DNA of 62,611 bases, the filler included, from Sphacelaria rigidula (taxonomy: Eukaryota), in the NCBI GenBank assembly GCA_964200075.2. It is 10 parts of 10 records of this genome, joined end to end, with 100 filler letters (N's around TTAATTAATTAA, not from the genome) between each part and the next. Parts side by side here need not be neighbours in the genome. Positions count along the whole stretch, not along the records: positions 12,544 to 18,714 come from CAXNAA020021760.1; positions 18,815 to 24,985 come from CAXNAA020021761.1; positions 25,086 to 31,256 come from CAXNAA020021762.1; 7 more parts are not named here. One strand, 5' to 3'. The translations under genes were made by a program, and so were the position numbers. Below, in pieces: positions 13,475-25,813 of this stretch. The notes beneath the pieces are model-generated. The model worked only from the letters and a program-made list of their open reading frames with translations, ran no database searches and was not told the DNA's origin. Position 1 is the first letter of the stretch. Each line of letters begins with the position of its first letter.

Positions 13475-14053
13475 CTACGCCATCATGTACCTACTCTTCC
13501 CCAGTCCCCTCACGTAAGCAACCCCCACGCAGGCCGCAACAGCAATTACCACAGCGGCCGATTTACGACCAAAGATCCCACCCCAACCACCACCAACTGA
13601 CTTTCCATTCTTCCGCACATCCTCCTTTACAGCGCTGAAGTCTTCGTGCGGCTGGGCCCTCTGTCCCTGAAAGCTCTCCTGCACATCTCCCTCGACATCG
13701 CGGGAGTCTTCCTGTAGCTGTACTCCCTGTCCCTGCAAGTTCGCCTGCACATCTCCCTCGACATCGCCGGAGTCTTCGCGTGGCTCAAACCCCTGTCCCT
13801 GCTCTCCCGAACCGCCGTCCGAGCTGCCACCATTCCCACATCCACCTGTCGGCCCCGACGAGCGTCTGTCGGATCCTTCACGAGATGAACGGGATCTCCG
13901 CATCTCACGCCGCACCTGTCGGGCGTACTCGGCAGCGGCGCATCCGCCCGCCCCAACTAGGCCCGAGGACCCCGGAGCACACACCGAGGCCGTCTCTATT
14001 TGGCACTCGTGAGGAAGAATGTTCCAGCCACGGGTAGCGAACTCTGCTTGAAC
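13475..14053 (-). CDS. ROK-family sugar kinase, terminal exon with C-terminal TM helix
   Basis: gacag|GTT in phase. IETASVCAPGSSGLVGAG is the ROK C-terminal motif, followed by three ~22-aa acidic repeats, AAVVIAVAACVGVAYV and RGLGKSRYMMA-stop. Confidence 0.8.
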   Translation of the reverse strand, partial: VQAEFATRGWNILPHECQIETASVCAPGSSGLVGAGGCAAAEYARQVRREMRRSRSSREGSDRRSSGPTGGCGNGGSSDGGSGEQGQGFEPREDSGDVEGDVQANLQGQGVQLQEDSRDVEGDVQESFQGQRAQPHEDFSAVKEDVRKNGKSVGGGWGGIFGRKSAAVVIAVAACVGVAYVRGLGKSRYMMA

Positions 14054-14630
14054 CTGTCCTCATTTTAATTTTTTATTGACGGGCGGGGGTAGGCAAGGAC
14101 GGGGGAGGAGGGTAGGTCATGTCTAATTGCAACATGCCATGCACATATGAAGTATAAATAAATGAGGGTACCACCACATGGAAGGAAAAAAATCCCACAC
14201 GTGTCCGGGAAGGAATCCCCTCGTCACAAAGGAAGCGTTCACGCCACCTGGCCGACAGTTTCCATGGTTCAACATTGTTTTTTGTCGAACGCTGCCCCTG
14301 ACGCCAACGCTGACCCTAACCTTAACCGCACCACAAACCCAAGGGATATCGAGAAACCTAGGGGAAAGGTGGTGGACATGATGTCCTAGGCAAAATGTCC
14401 GTTGTGGCAGAGCTCAAAATCGGCGCAGCATCCACCGATGTGAGCCGAAACGCCTCCTGCACTCGCATTGTCGGCACCTCTAACCGTCAACTCCCCCAAG
14501 AGCTGAATGTGTGGGCGGTCTACACCAAAGCCGAGTATTTTTCAACCATGGAATATATATATATATATCGATCAGCTTTTATACACTTCAATACAAACAC
14601 GACATAAGAAAAACGATGAGGGAAAAATAA

Positions 14631-14704
<74 letters not shown>
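14631..14704. repeat. (CTA)n microsatellite in the ROK intron
   Basis: Perfect trinucleotide run. Confidence 0.95.
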
Positions 14705-14720
14705 ACTCATAGCAACCCAC

Positions 14721-15512
14721 CTTTTCCACAAGGCCCTCAGCCTGCGCCATCCCTCCCGCAAGCAAGATGGTGTCCGGATCCAGCATCCGGCATATATTGA
14801 CGCAGGCCAGGCCGAGATACGCGCACGCCTCGTCCACAACTCTGGCGGCCAGCTTGTCCCCCGTCGCTGCTAACCTAAACACCTCCTTAGCTGTCACATC
14901 CTCATCTTCGACGCCCGCGTCCCCCTCTCCCTCCTCCACCTTAGCAAACGCCGAAAAATCAAAAGACACGCCACCAACTCCCGCGGGTCCCACCAAATCT
15001 ATCTCATGCGGAGAGGCTAGGGTCGAGGACGGTGACGGAGGACACGGAGAAAACATCACGACACTGGCGGGCGGGGTGTCTTCCTCCGGGGCTACTAAAA
15101 CCCCGTTCTCCTCATTCTCCTCGTTCTCCTTGTCTAAGCTCGTCCTGCGCTCCAGTTCCCGAATGCGTTCCTTGACTCCCGCAGAAGAGGTCGAAAGAGG
15201 ACCTTCACTGAACGCACGTCTTATTCCGCGAGCAGGTTTTTTGGCTCCGCGCGGAAAGACCGGAGCCGCCTTGGATGGCGTAGAGGAAAGGTTGCGGGTC
15301 ATAGCGGTCTGAATTGAGTTCGGCTGCACCGATCGGGAACCGCTCGCGATGTTCTCGAAGGAATACCGACCCAAGCCCTTCGGCCGGCTTTTTGCGGCGG
15401 CACGCCTTCTCTCGTTGAATATATCCGCCACGGCGGTGCCCGAAGCATAGGCCTCCAAGCAGCCCCGTTGTCCGCACTTGCATTCCCGCGCATCTCGGGA
15501 GGGCTCTACGAT
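14721..15512 (-). CDS. ROK-family sugar kinase, internal exon (gene is 5'-partial)
   Basis: cacag|ATC...AAG|gtgggt. Contains the Zn motif CKCGQRGCLEAYASG and VTAKEVFRLAATGDKLA...LGLACVNICRMLDPDTILLAGG. Confidence 0.9.
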
Positions 15513-16322
15513 CTGTGTGGATGGGTGGGTGGGTGTCGCGGGGAGCGGCGAGGGGAAACAAATGATGTTGGTTTTTGGTTGCTGTCCAAGGTTGTATCAT
15601 GAAGATCAATGGTCATTTGTCGAAAGTTTCAGCGATATATGATTTTTGTCGAATGTGGTGGTGTGACTAGTGACTTTTGCCGAAAAGCTCGTAGTGATGA
15701 GTGAGAGATTTTTGTTCAAGTGATTTTCGTCGAACAACGTATCTCACAGAAAGGGACGGGGGGACGGGGGGACGGGGGGGGTTGCTCAGTAGCCTCGTTC
15801 GTCTTCCTCTACAAAACTGTCTCCCATGCGACTATCGCAGAGTGGCCTTACAGATCTCAAGACAGGGGATTCTTGTCAAACATGAGCGTTCCCGTTTACT
15901 TGACTATGTCATGGGCACTCATGTCCATCCTATGACCGCGGCTAGCTCCGCAGCGGACCAGCTACTGTGAAAAAAAAACGTCGCTTCATCGTCTTGATTG
16001 AGTTCGGAATTCTGGATTCAAGGCTCAAACGCCCGAGGATACTCGTGGCAAAACGTACGAGCTACCATTTTCTTTTCTTCACCCACCTTGGCGGTGGGTA
16101 GCAAGAGATTTGTCTTGTGGCCCCAGCTGGGCTTGTACTCGTACCTAGCGCCCCAGTATCGTCAATGGATTAGAAAAAAATCATCAATCCGGCTGGCCAT
16201 CCTCCGAATTCACACGCGTAAGATTGCCGGCCAGCTACGAGTAGCTCGCTACGAAGTTGAACGATAGAAGAACTAAACGATCTCTTAGGGTTCCCTGATC
16301 GCTGGCAGCATGTGAATGCCGC

Positions 16323-16860
16323 AGCGCCCCGGTGGTGCAGCGGTCCGACTGTCGCCATTAGGGTGGAGAAAACGTTGTTTCGACTCCCGATTGTGGTGTT
16401 TTTATTCTTCAATTTTCTTCAGGGCTATACACGTTACACGTGCCATAGCGTTACACGCTACGTTAAAACAAATTACGTGATGAACGTAACGTGAACGTAA
16501 CCTTATTATTATTTTTTTACGTGATGAACGTGACGTTAAATTTTCCAATGTAACGTTAACGTAACGTTATATTCTTTTTCCGTGACACGTCACGCCACGT
16601 GAACGTGAACGTGTAACGTGTATAGCCCTGAATTTGTTTTTCTTCAAAAAAGTATCTGATTTCCACCGTCGAAAGCATGAGTACGCGAGTCAACAAAAAG
16701 GTGGTTAATCGAGTTTGTTTGCCGAAAGTGCGGGAGTGCTAACCCGATCCGCGAGACCAAGATGCAAGGCGTGTACCGGGGAGAGATAGGATGGTCCCTT
16801 GAGACCATGGATTCGTCCCGAGGGAGTAGACGCGTTCAAAATGCGACAGATAAAATAATA
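16323..16860 (+). mobile_element. tRNA-derived SINE, family B (with nested MITE)
   Basis: Head GCGCCCCGGTGGTGCAGCGGTCCGACTGTCGCC...TTCGACTCCCG; colinear with the 20501 and 30919 copies apart from the 16420-16630 insert. Confidence 0.7.
16420..16630. mobile_element. hAT-like MITE rich in ACGT motifs
   Basis: TIR CAGGGCTATACACGTTACACG...CGTGTAACGTGTATAGCCCTG, imperfect flanking duplication AATTTTCTT/AATTTGTTT. Relative at about 49497-49830. Confidence 0.75.
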
Positions 16861-17613
16861 TATATATATATATACATACATGATATGCTTTTCTTACTCC
16901 AATCGCCGTACTCTCTTTTCAACTCCTTCCCCTTCCACGGGCTTAGTCCGCACTCTCCAGGAATCTATGTGTCAAACCCACATTTCGTTTCCCCCGGGAT
17001 GCACCTGCCTGACACTTCCGCTGTCGAGGATCGCGTCAGCACTACTACACCCCGTCAACGCTCATCGGATTTCTCTTCCCTACTCGCGCCGTCACGCTTC
17101 TGAACGACGGGGAAAACATTCTACTGCAAAAGATCGTAACTACCAGGCGTCGAACCCGCACTGCCTTCCGCCTCAACTGGATAATGACTATTTATGCACC
17201 CTTTCTTAATTTAGACCGCCGGATCGCGGCGTCATTTGCACGACACGAACATGCTCCAGTATCGTAGGTACCATCTCACCATGTGTCCTCCCTCGATGAG
17301 TCCCCGGGATCCAGATAGCGAGAACCCGGCGGAGACCAAACCCATGCCAATACCTGTTCCAAGCGCTGAAAGAGATTGCGAGGCGGAGAACAGCAACGGG
17401 GCGGGGGCGGGGGGAAGTTTAAACTATCTAATATATATATATATATATATATTAATCTTCTGTTCTAGGATAACCTGTGAAAATGATTTTACTTTCTTGT
17501 TTACATTGCAAAGCGTATACTTCATGGGCTTTAAAAAAAAAACACTTTGCTTCACTTCCGATGTTAAAATCACCTATTTTTTTAGAAATATTTTTGTGAA
17601 ATATTGCATATAT

Positions 17614-17720
17614 GGGAGGGTGGGGGTGTACTCATGATCATGCATGCCATAGTCATCAGACCACTGACCTCGCATCCGTTCAAAGCCGGGACGGAGCACA
17701 CCGGGTTTTCGCCAAGCCAA
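17614..17720 (-). mobile_element. LINE 3'-terminal fragment, second subfamily
   Basis: GCEVSGLMTMACMI...GAGTACACCCCC. Related pieces at 28383-28475, 28898-28950, 31209-31256 and 40361-40410. Confidence 0.6.
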
Positions 17721-18646
17721 GTTCATCGGTGGTTTTTCATACGCGTAAATCATACAGTATTTGTCTCGTACTTACTCTCTTGTTTTAGTCGTTCTTTTAC
17801 CACAGTACTCGAGTATTTTCTTCTTTTTTTCCCAAGTAGCGAGTAGACGAATCAGGGGTCTCGTTGATTTTTTTCCAGATTTGTCTACTTTTCCCGTAAA
17901 CTTGGATTTCTCGTTCGACTTCTTCCAAACCACAAATGAGGCTCATGTGACAAGAAAAATACTCTCCTGCAAAACAATTTTTGTTCCTTGATATCTGGTA
18001 CAAAAATGTTTTGTTTTTTCTTCGTTGCGGTGGAAAATGGTAATTTTTGCCCTCTCCCTAGCTAGACACATTCGGTCATCATCCACGTGCCCATCAAAAA
18101 GGGGATTTTTACAGGAACTGGCTGATCTCCACACAGCTAACGAATACACGCACACCCTTTCCTAGGTGGCGGTCCAAGCGGCTATTCTCGTATACTATAT
18201 AATTGCTTGTTTCTCATGAAAATCGATCGAATGATTACATCCTCGAAAAATCAGCTACTGTAATCCGTTACTACGAATGGAGTCACTGTCATGAACAAAC
18301 AAAGCAGACGGGAAAACATTTGCTGGAGGAAACTTGACAACAGGGACGACTGGAAAACGCACATGAATATCTAGGTTGGATGTCGTTATCACCCTGGGTG
18401 ATAACCTCCGTATACTTCCGGAATGCCCTCCTTATACTCCTTCAGTCATGATTTCACCCCCCCCCCTCCTGGGGACGACGACTCCACAGTCTCTAGATAT
18501 CTCAAGCTCCCCCCGTACCATATATACCTACCCGCTCGACACGTTGTTCATCGAGGTTAGAATCAGCACTACTGCACTCCGTCCACTGTCGTCACTTCCC
18601 CCCCCATTTACTCGCGTACTCACTTTTTAAACAACAGGAATCAAAG

Positions 18647-18709
<63 letters not shown>
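18647..18709. repeat. (TTA)n microsatellite
   Basis: Perfect trinucleotide run near a contig end. Confidence 0.95.
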
Positions 18710-20500
18710 TCGGCNNNNNNNNNNNNNNNNNNNNNNNNNNNNNNNNNNNNNNNNNNNNTTAATTAATTAANNNNNNNNNNNNNNNNNNNNNNNNNNNNNN
18801 NNNNNNNNNNNNNNGACCGCGGTGCCCGTAGTCCATCTGGACCACGCGTGTACTTTTTCTAAGTGAATATTGATGCCGATTCAGCAGGTGACCTACTCTC
18901 GCGGTCGGACGGTCAAGTCCTCCTGCGGAGTTTGGGGGGGAAGATACCTTCGCTCTGTGTTACTCTTTCGTATCTTCCCTGCAATAGAGAAATGCGATTT
19001 CAACCCCATTTTAGTGTTGAACCCCAAAAATTAAAATCGGCTGTTATTTCATTGAAGTATATGGTATGCGATAACTGTAGAGGGCACATATTGCTCTGGA
19101 GGGGACTCAGGTCTGAGGTCCTGTGCAGGGACAGACGCGCCTTATTGAATTTCGGACTGATTTCAAGCAAGGTCACATACACCATGCACAGCTGATGAGC
19201 AGCTGAAGCTCGAGCGTCGTGTTTCTGGATTGCAGTTGCGAGGCGTTCCCCAGGCTGACGTCTGATCTTGTTCCTTCGTGTGTCAAGCTACCAAGTCAGC
19301 TTGGTACCTTGCCTGCCTACAACGGCCACGTTGGGCCCTAGCGAAACAGGTGTGCAAATCGCAACGGGCGTGACCGAAGCACATGACTGAAACACCTTAC
19401 ACCTACAAAATTCAGCCCAAGAAATGACGCACAGATATCCATAGCACAAGTGGATCACGCCTGGCGCTAGCTCTTGCTCATCTTTATACAGTGTTGTTGT
19501 TTGCGGCAAATCGTTTGGCATTCGAACATGGCCGGCAGTGTGTGCGTGTCACATAAGCTGCTCCAGATGGAGTCGTTGTTCATTGGTGTGTGTAATGGAC
19601 GGCGCCCGTCTGACAGAAACCACCGTGCTTCATTCAAATTGTTAACCCTTCGGCTAAGAATCCCCCTCAGTTGGACTCAGATGGACGATCCCACAGTTTG
19701 GTGTCCTGAGCACGACCTGCTTCTCTTCCCAATATCTATCGATGCTAGGCCTTTTGAGAGCTACAGGCTGGGCCGTCTAAGAAGCGGACCTTCTTTCAGT
19801 CGGTTCTAACTGATGATCTATTGCGGCTTGTACCTACTATGACGCATCGTGGTAAACTGCAAAGCAACAGGCGTCTTTCACTTCACGTAGCACTGCGATC
19901 TGACAATTTCCCATCAAACGAAATACCAAACTGTAGCCAGCTGCGAAGTGGAGAGAGTTGAGGGTGCCATGTGCGGCGGAATCAGGGGGAAACAACGCTG
20001 ATATCGCATATATTGTTACTGTCGGTTGTGCCGCGGTCGCAAAGTGATGGTGCGGCACTAGTTATGGTTGTACAACAAGGCATATCGTACTGTAGGCGCG
20101 CAGTGTCTGAGATGGCACGCAGACGAGACCTCCAGTGCGCCGAGGCGTCGCGCTTGTAGAAAACGTCAAAGTTCCGACTGAGGTTACTGTACTCTACAGG
20201 CAAGTGAACCTTTCTCTCGACAGAAAGACAATTTCACTGCTCACTTGCAAGTCATTTTCAATGAAATTTTGACACGATATACATGAGATATATGTGAAGC
20301 CCCTACTGCTTCCCCCCCTCTTTCTTCTTTTCCTCATGAGTTATCGGTGATCTAGATTTCAGAACAGTTTCTTCTGGTATAAAAGCGTCGACCACTCGTT
20401 GGAAAAAAATGTCAAGGGGGGACAAAAGGGACTTCACAGCATACCTCATGCGCATCATGTCAAAATCTCGTTGGAAAATACTTGAAATCGAACAGCATAA

Positions 20501-20812
20501 CGCGCCCCGGTGGTGTAATGGTCCGACTGTCGCCGTTAAGGTGGAGAGAACGAGGGTTCGATTCCCGATGCGTTGGGTTTTTTCCTCCGTGATGTATGAT
20601 TTCCACCGTGGAACGCGTGAGAACGTGAGAACACAAAGTAGTCGACTGGGTTTGTGTGACGTGTTGACGCGGTGCGGGAGTGCTGACCCAATCCGCGAGA
20701 CCAAAATGTTAGGCGCGCACCGGAGGAAAGATGGATTGATCCCTTGAGATCACGGACTGATCCCGAGGAAGGGGAGGAATTCAAAGTGCGAAGGAAATAA
20801 ATAAAAGAATAA
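20501..20812 (+). mobile_element. tRNA-derived SINE, family B
   Basis: A box GGTGGTGTAATGG, B box GGTTCGATTCC, A-rich tail AAATAAATAAAAGAATAA. Confidence 0.75.
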
Positions 20813-21407
20813 CCGCATTCTTCGTGGCTTGTCCATCTCCACGTAGGGACCAGTCTTCGATACGAACACGCGATTTAGCAGCTCAATTTTGGGTCGTTTC
20901 CTATGAAATTTCGACACGATGTACAGGAGGCATGTGCGAAGACTCTACCATCTGCAGCCTACTTCCATTTATTTTTTTCCGTGAGTAATCGGCGACCAAA
21001 CATTTCAGAACACTTCATTTCGGAACAAAATCATGAAGAACTCCCCTTCCCCCCCACCTCACCTCTAGACTTTTGCGTTGGCATCGAGTGGCAACGGCGC
21101 TGTAAAACAAGCCACCGAAACCCAGACAAATGTACAGACAACCACCGTACATATACCAGGGACCGCCGCTAGAAAAAGTTCCAGACCGACATACACGACA
21201 GGATGGAAATTAAACAATCCAATGGTTGCCCCCGGGAACAGATTTCATTTATCCCACCATAACACAGTCCGGACATAGACATGAAATAGAGAAAATAACC
21301 CTCCTTTTTATTCAACCTACTCTAACACCGCCCGGACATAAACATGAAATAGAGAAGCTAACCCTCCTTTTTCTTTAACCTACTATAACACAGTCCGGAT
21401 ATACTTC

Positions 21408-24400
21408 CCAGCAGTAGCAGCAGCAGCAGCAGCGGCGTCAGCAGGGCTCCGGTTCTGGTTTCGGTTCAGCCGCAGGGGCTGCTGCTCCGCAACGGGCGGT
21501 GCAGGTGGGACCGACCTCTCTGGAGGCGGGCTCGGTGCCGGCGCCGTCGGTAGCAGCGCAGGGCGAGACGCCGGCTGCAGAGCCGACCGGTTTCCAGCTG
21601 AAATTTGAATCCGCTGCTGTGCCGGCCGGGGTACCGCTGCGATTTGGTTCGGCGGGCGAGGCTTCGTACCCGCCGGCGATGCCGGTGACCCCAGCGGGGG
21701 CGTCTCTGCCTGCGCCGCGCGCGCAGCCGTGGCGCCAAGTGAGGATTACGAACAATCAGTCGGCGGAGCAGGTGCTGATCGAGGACCAAGACAATTATGT
21801 CCCTGCCGAGTTATATCTGCCCGATCAACGGGCGGGGGCAGCAATTTCGGTCAAAGCGGTGTTGGATTCAGGTGCCCACTTCACGAGCATGTCGGTGCCA
21901 ATTGTGGAGATGCTGGAGCGTCTACTCCCCGGTGAGCAAATCCGAATTCCGTTCTCGCTCGGGGCGCGGCAGGCCATCACCGCATCGGGGCAACGTATAA
22001 ATGTGACGGAGCGTACCATTCCCCTACAGTTGGCGTTCCTGACTACTTGGGGGCCAGCAAAATTACCCCCAATATCGTTTGCGATCATGCCGGGGACGGA
22101 TAGTGTCGTTCTGTTGGGCCTACCGACGCTTCGGGGACTCGGAGTGGAGCTGTATGATCGGTTGATGGGGTCCCTAAAAACAAAAATGCCGGCGCCCGGT
22201 TCGAGTGTCGAGACGCCTGCTTTTTTGGCTACTCGCAGAGTGAGCTTGTCAGTTGATGCTCTCCAGGAGGCGGGGGGGGAAGGTGTCCGAGGAGCGTGAT
22301 GAGGCAATGGAACGCTTGGAAGAGCGCGGCCCCGATATGTTTATGGAGCCGGAGGAAGAAGAGGCCGCATGCAAGGCTGCGCTCGAGAAAAGTGTGACGG
22401 ATACGGTGGAAAATGGCCTCGGAGTCTCAAAAGCGGAGCGCTTGCGTGGTATACTGTATCGCCACGTTGACGCGTTTCGTCGTGCGCTGAGGGGTGATCC
22501 CCCTGCGCGCGTGCAACCCATGAGGGTTACACTGAAGCCAGGGGCGGCCGCGGTGAAGGCAAAACCGAGGAGGTATGATCCGGTAAGGTCCAGTTGGCTA
22601 GCTTCTTGCATGGGAGCTCTTGTGGCGTTTGGGTTGGTGTTCAGGAATCTACAGGCGGTGTGGTCCAGTCCAGCGATGGCGGTGCCGAAGAAGCACTCTT
22701 TCCGTCTTGTCAGCGATTAGGCAGCCGAAATGATCAGGTGGAGAAGTTGCCGGGTGTTATGCCCAATCAGGAATCCGACATGATAGACCTGATGAGTGCG
22801 CGATGTTTCGGTAAGTTGGACCTCCTACAGGGGTACTGGCAGATGCCGCTGGCCGAAGAGGCGCAAGAGATATTCACAATCACGACTCCGTTTGGCATGT
22901 TTACCCCGCAAAGAGTACTGCAAGGCGTGTTGAATGCTACTTCCTATTTTCAAGGTGTCATGATGGACCTTTTAGATGGCTTGAAGTGCAAGAGTTGGGT
23001 GGATGATGTTTTTTTCTTCGCGGATACGGACGACGAACTGTCGGATACGCTTGATGCAATCTTGGCTCGCTTAGAGAGTGTTGGTCTGTTTGCAGCTGCC
23101 CACAAGTGTACCTTTTTTGCTAGTGAACTAGGGTGGTGTGGGAAAGTATACTCACACGGCCGCGTCTCGCATGACCCGGTCCGCTTGCAAGATTTGTCTG
23201 ACATGCGGCGTCCGGAAACAGCCGCAGAACTAATGCAATTCCTGCACGCAATGAACTGGTCGCGTACCTCGTTGCCACGTATGGCTGAAGTAGTGGCGCC
23301 CTTACGCATTTTTCTAGAAGAACTCATGGTGGGGGCAGCCAGGCGCACGAAGCGGGTGGCAAAAAATCGTGTTATGCCACCCGCCTCGTGGACGGAGGAT
23401 AGCCTGCAGGCATGGGCGGCAGCGAGGGATCTGCTGGCTCACGCCGTGACGCTGTTCCATCCCCGCCCCGGTTGCCAGGTGCTGATGTTTCCGGATGCAT
23501 CCGAGTGTCATCGGGGTAGCTTTGTCACGCAGGTGCCTGATGCAGAAATGCAACAACGGTTGTCGGTTGAAGATATGACGCATGAACCGCTGGCTTTTTT
23601 GAGTGGTAATTTCAAGGGTTCCCAGCTGCTTTGGGCTACCATTGACAAAGAAGGTTTCGCTATCGTGAGCACTTTTCGTCGTCTCGAGCATCTATTGTGG
23701 AATGGCGTACGCATTTTCACGGATCACCGAAATCTAGCGTGCATTTTCAACCCGGAGGCATGCGTGACGTCTGTGTCGAAGGCGTTGACACAGCGACTGG
23801 AGGGATGGAAAGGAGTATTAGGACAGTATCGGTACACGATTTGTCATATTTCGGGTGAGCGTTACGCGTGGGGTGACTTGCTGTGGCGCTGGGTAAATAT
23901 TCCTACTTTGCCTGCGCGCACTGTGGCTGTGTATGGCCCGTGCGAACCTGATGACTCGATGCCGTCCAAATCTGTTGTCCGCCAAGCGCAACGAAAAGAC
24001 CTTGGATCTGAGGATGCGAATGTGCAATCTTCCGAGTCGGACGTTGGTACTGCTATCTTGGACAATGAAGGTCTGTTTCGTGTGCATGTGCGTGGTCGAA
24101 ACGTTTTGTGGATTCCGAGTTCTGACAAGCAGTTGCAGGTCCGCTTGATGATTTGTGCGCACATGCGCGATGCCGGGCATCGAGGTGTGGATGCGACGCT
24201 CGTGCGCTTGAAAGAGTTTTGTGTCTGGAAGGGGATAGAAACTATTGAGCGCGAATTTGTCCGCCAGTGTCTTCACTGTGCTGGCTCGAGGGCGGGCGAT
24301 GTTGTTCCCCGCCCGCTCGATGAAACGATCCATGGGACCACGCCGAACGAAGTCGTTCTTTTTGAATGCTTACACGTGGGCAAGAGTGGCCCGCTAGCTT

Positions 24401-24985
24401 CCCAAGGCTTGTCGGAGGATGCTGAGTTCCGATACATTTTGGTAATCATGGATGATTTGAGGAATTTTTGTGGCTTCGGAACCAGTAGCCGTGTGTACTG
24501 CTGAATCGACTGCTACGTCTTTGCTGAGCCGGTGCAAAACTTTGGGGGTGCCCCGTGTGTGGGTGAGTGATACCGACACGCATTTTAAGAATGCGATCTT
24601 GGCTCGGTTGCGAGAGGCTTTGCGCGTTGATCACCGGTTTGCGGTAGCGTATTCTCCGTGGTCTAACGGTACGTGCGAGCGCATGGTAAAGGAAGTAGTT
24701 CTTGTTCTTCGCTCTACTCTTCTCGAGAAGCGTCGAGAGGTGACCGAGTGGGTGGACGTGTTGCCGGCGGTGCAATGGGCGCTTAATGCAGCATATCACC
24801 GTCGGTACGATAGTACGCAATATCACGTGATGTTAGGCCGTGCCCCTCGGATGTCTTTCTCGGTGTTGGCGTCCTCGTCGACGGGTGGAATGGAAGTGTG
24901 ATGTTCTGAACGATGTTCAAATTAAGAGTGCATTGAAGGGAGTCTTGGACTTGCGATAACGTTTTCACGTACAAGTGCAGGAGCG
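21408..24985 (+). mobile_element. pol: Ty3/Gypsy LTR retrotransposon pol region, frameshifted; LTRs not seen
   Basis: Domain order PR (VLDSGA, ~21860), RT (LDLLQGYWQ...WVDD, ~22996), RNase H (FPDAS, EGFAIV, TDHRNL), integrase (H..H..CLHC, SDTDTHF, NGTCER). Frame changes near 22285, 22720 and 24475. Confidence 0.93.
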
Positions 24986-25636
24986 NNNNNNNNNNNNNNN
25001 NNNNNNNNNNNNNNNNNNNNNNNNNNNNNTTAATTAATTAANNNNNNNNNNNNNNNNNNNNNNNNNNNNNNNNNNNNNNNNNNNNGGGTTGTGTGTGTTT
25101 TTGGGGGGGGTTGTGTCGGGTGGGGGTGAGTGGGGGGTGTGTGGTGTTGTTTGGTGGGTACCTTGGATGCCCCCTACTCCTTTCTATGCCCGTGCAAAAT
25201 ATGAATTTCAATTTCAACCATTTGGCGTTTTGCACCTCTTCGAACAAAAAGAATTTGGACTCAAGCATTTCTGCTGAAATCGGAGGGAAAATAAGACGCC
25301 GAGCCTCGCTCCAAATAAGAGTTTCTGAACATCTGTGGCGCTCTATATGCTAGGAAAGCACATGTCTAGTTTGGGGCGCACGAGAAAAACGATCCGCCGC
25401 AAATACTACATATAAAGCCTCCCGCATAGTATCGGCGATGAAAAAATGTACAAGATGAGTAGTGTGCCTGTGTCAACTATCAGACGCCATGGACAGTACC
25501 TTCCACAGCTCAGGGCTCTGCGAAAAAAAAAAACGTTGGATTGTGGGGGTGCTTATTTCTCAGCTCTCACTCTTTATACACGTCGTCCATCTGCTGAACA
25601 CCTTTTTTTAGGCCATCACTGAGTAATTGTCCTCAC

Positions 25637-25813
25637 CTGATCGCGTACATCAAAGCAAGCAGTAAGAATATTCCCAGGCCAAGCACTACTTGCTCCTCAA
25701 CGCTGCTATCCCTCGACAGTATGATATCCTGCAACGAGTCGATCTTCGCCCCAACTGGCACCAGCAGAATGCTCTCCAGCGAGAGAGCCAGCGCCGTCGC
25801 CAATGCAAACACC
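25637..25813 (-). CDS. TVP38/TMEM64 protein, exon
   Basis: tcag|G GTG. Encodes VFALATALALSLESILLVPVGAKIDSLQDII...VVLGLGIFLLLALMYAI, then AG|gtgagg donor (or TGA stop on read-through). Confidence 0.75.

Noticed and set aside
14520..14720. Poly-Ser, poly-Tyr or poly-Val protein tracts
   Set aside because: Read-through of an intronic (CTA)n microsatellite past the ROK donor site.
19290..19700. Decayed tyrosine recombinase (minus-strand SHVLRS)
   Set aside because: A single short motif amid many stops, with no other catalytic motifs.
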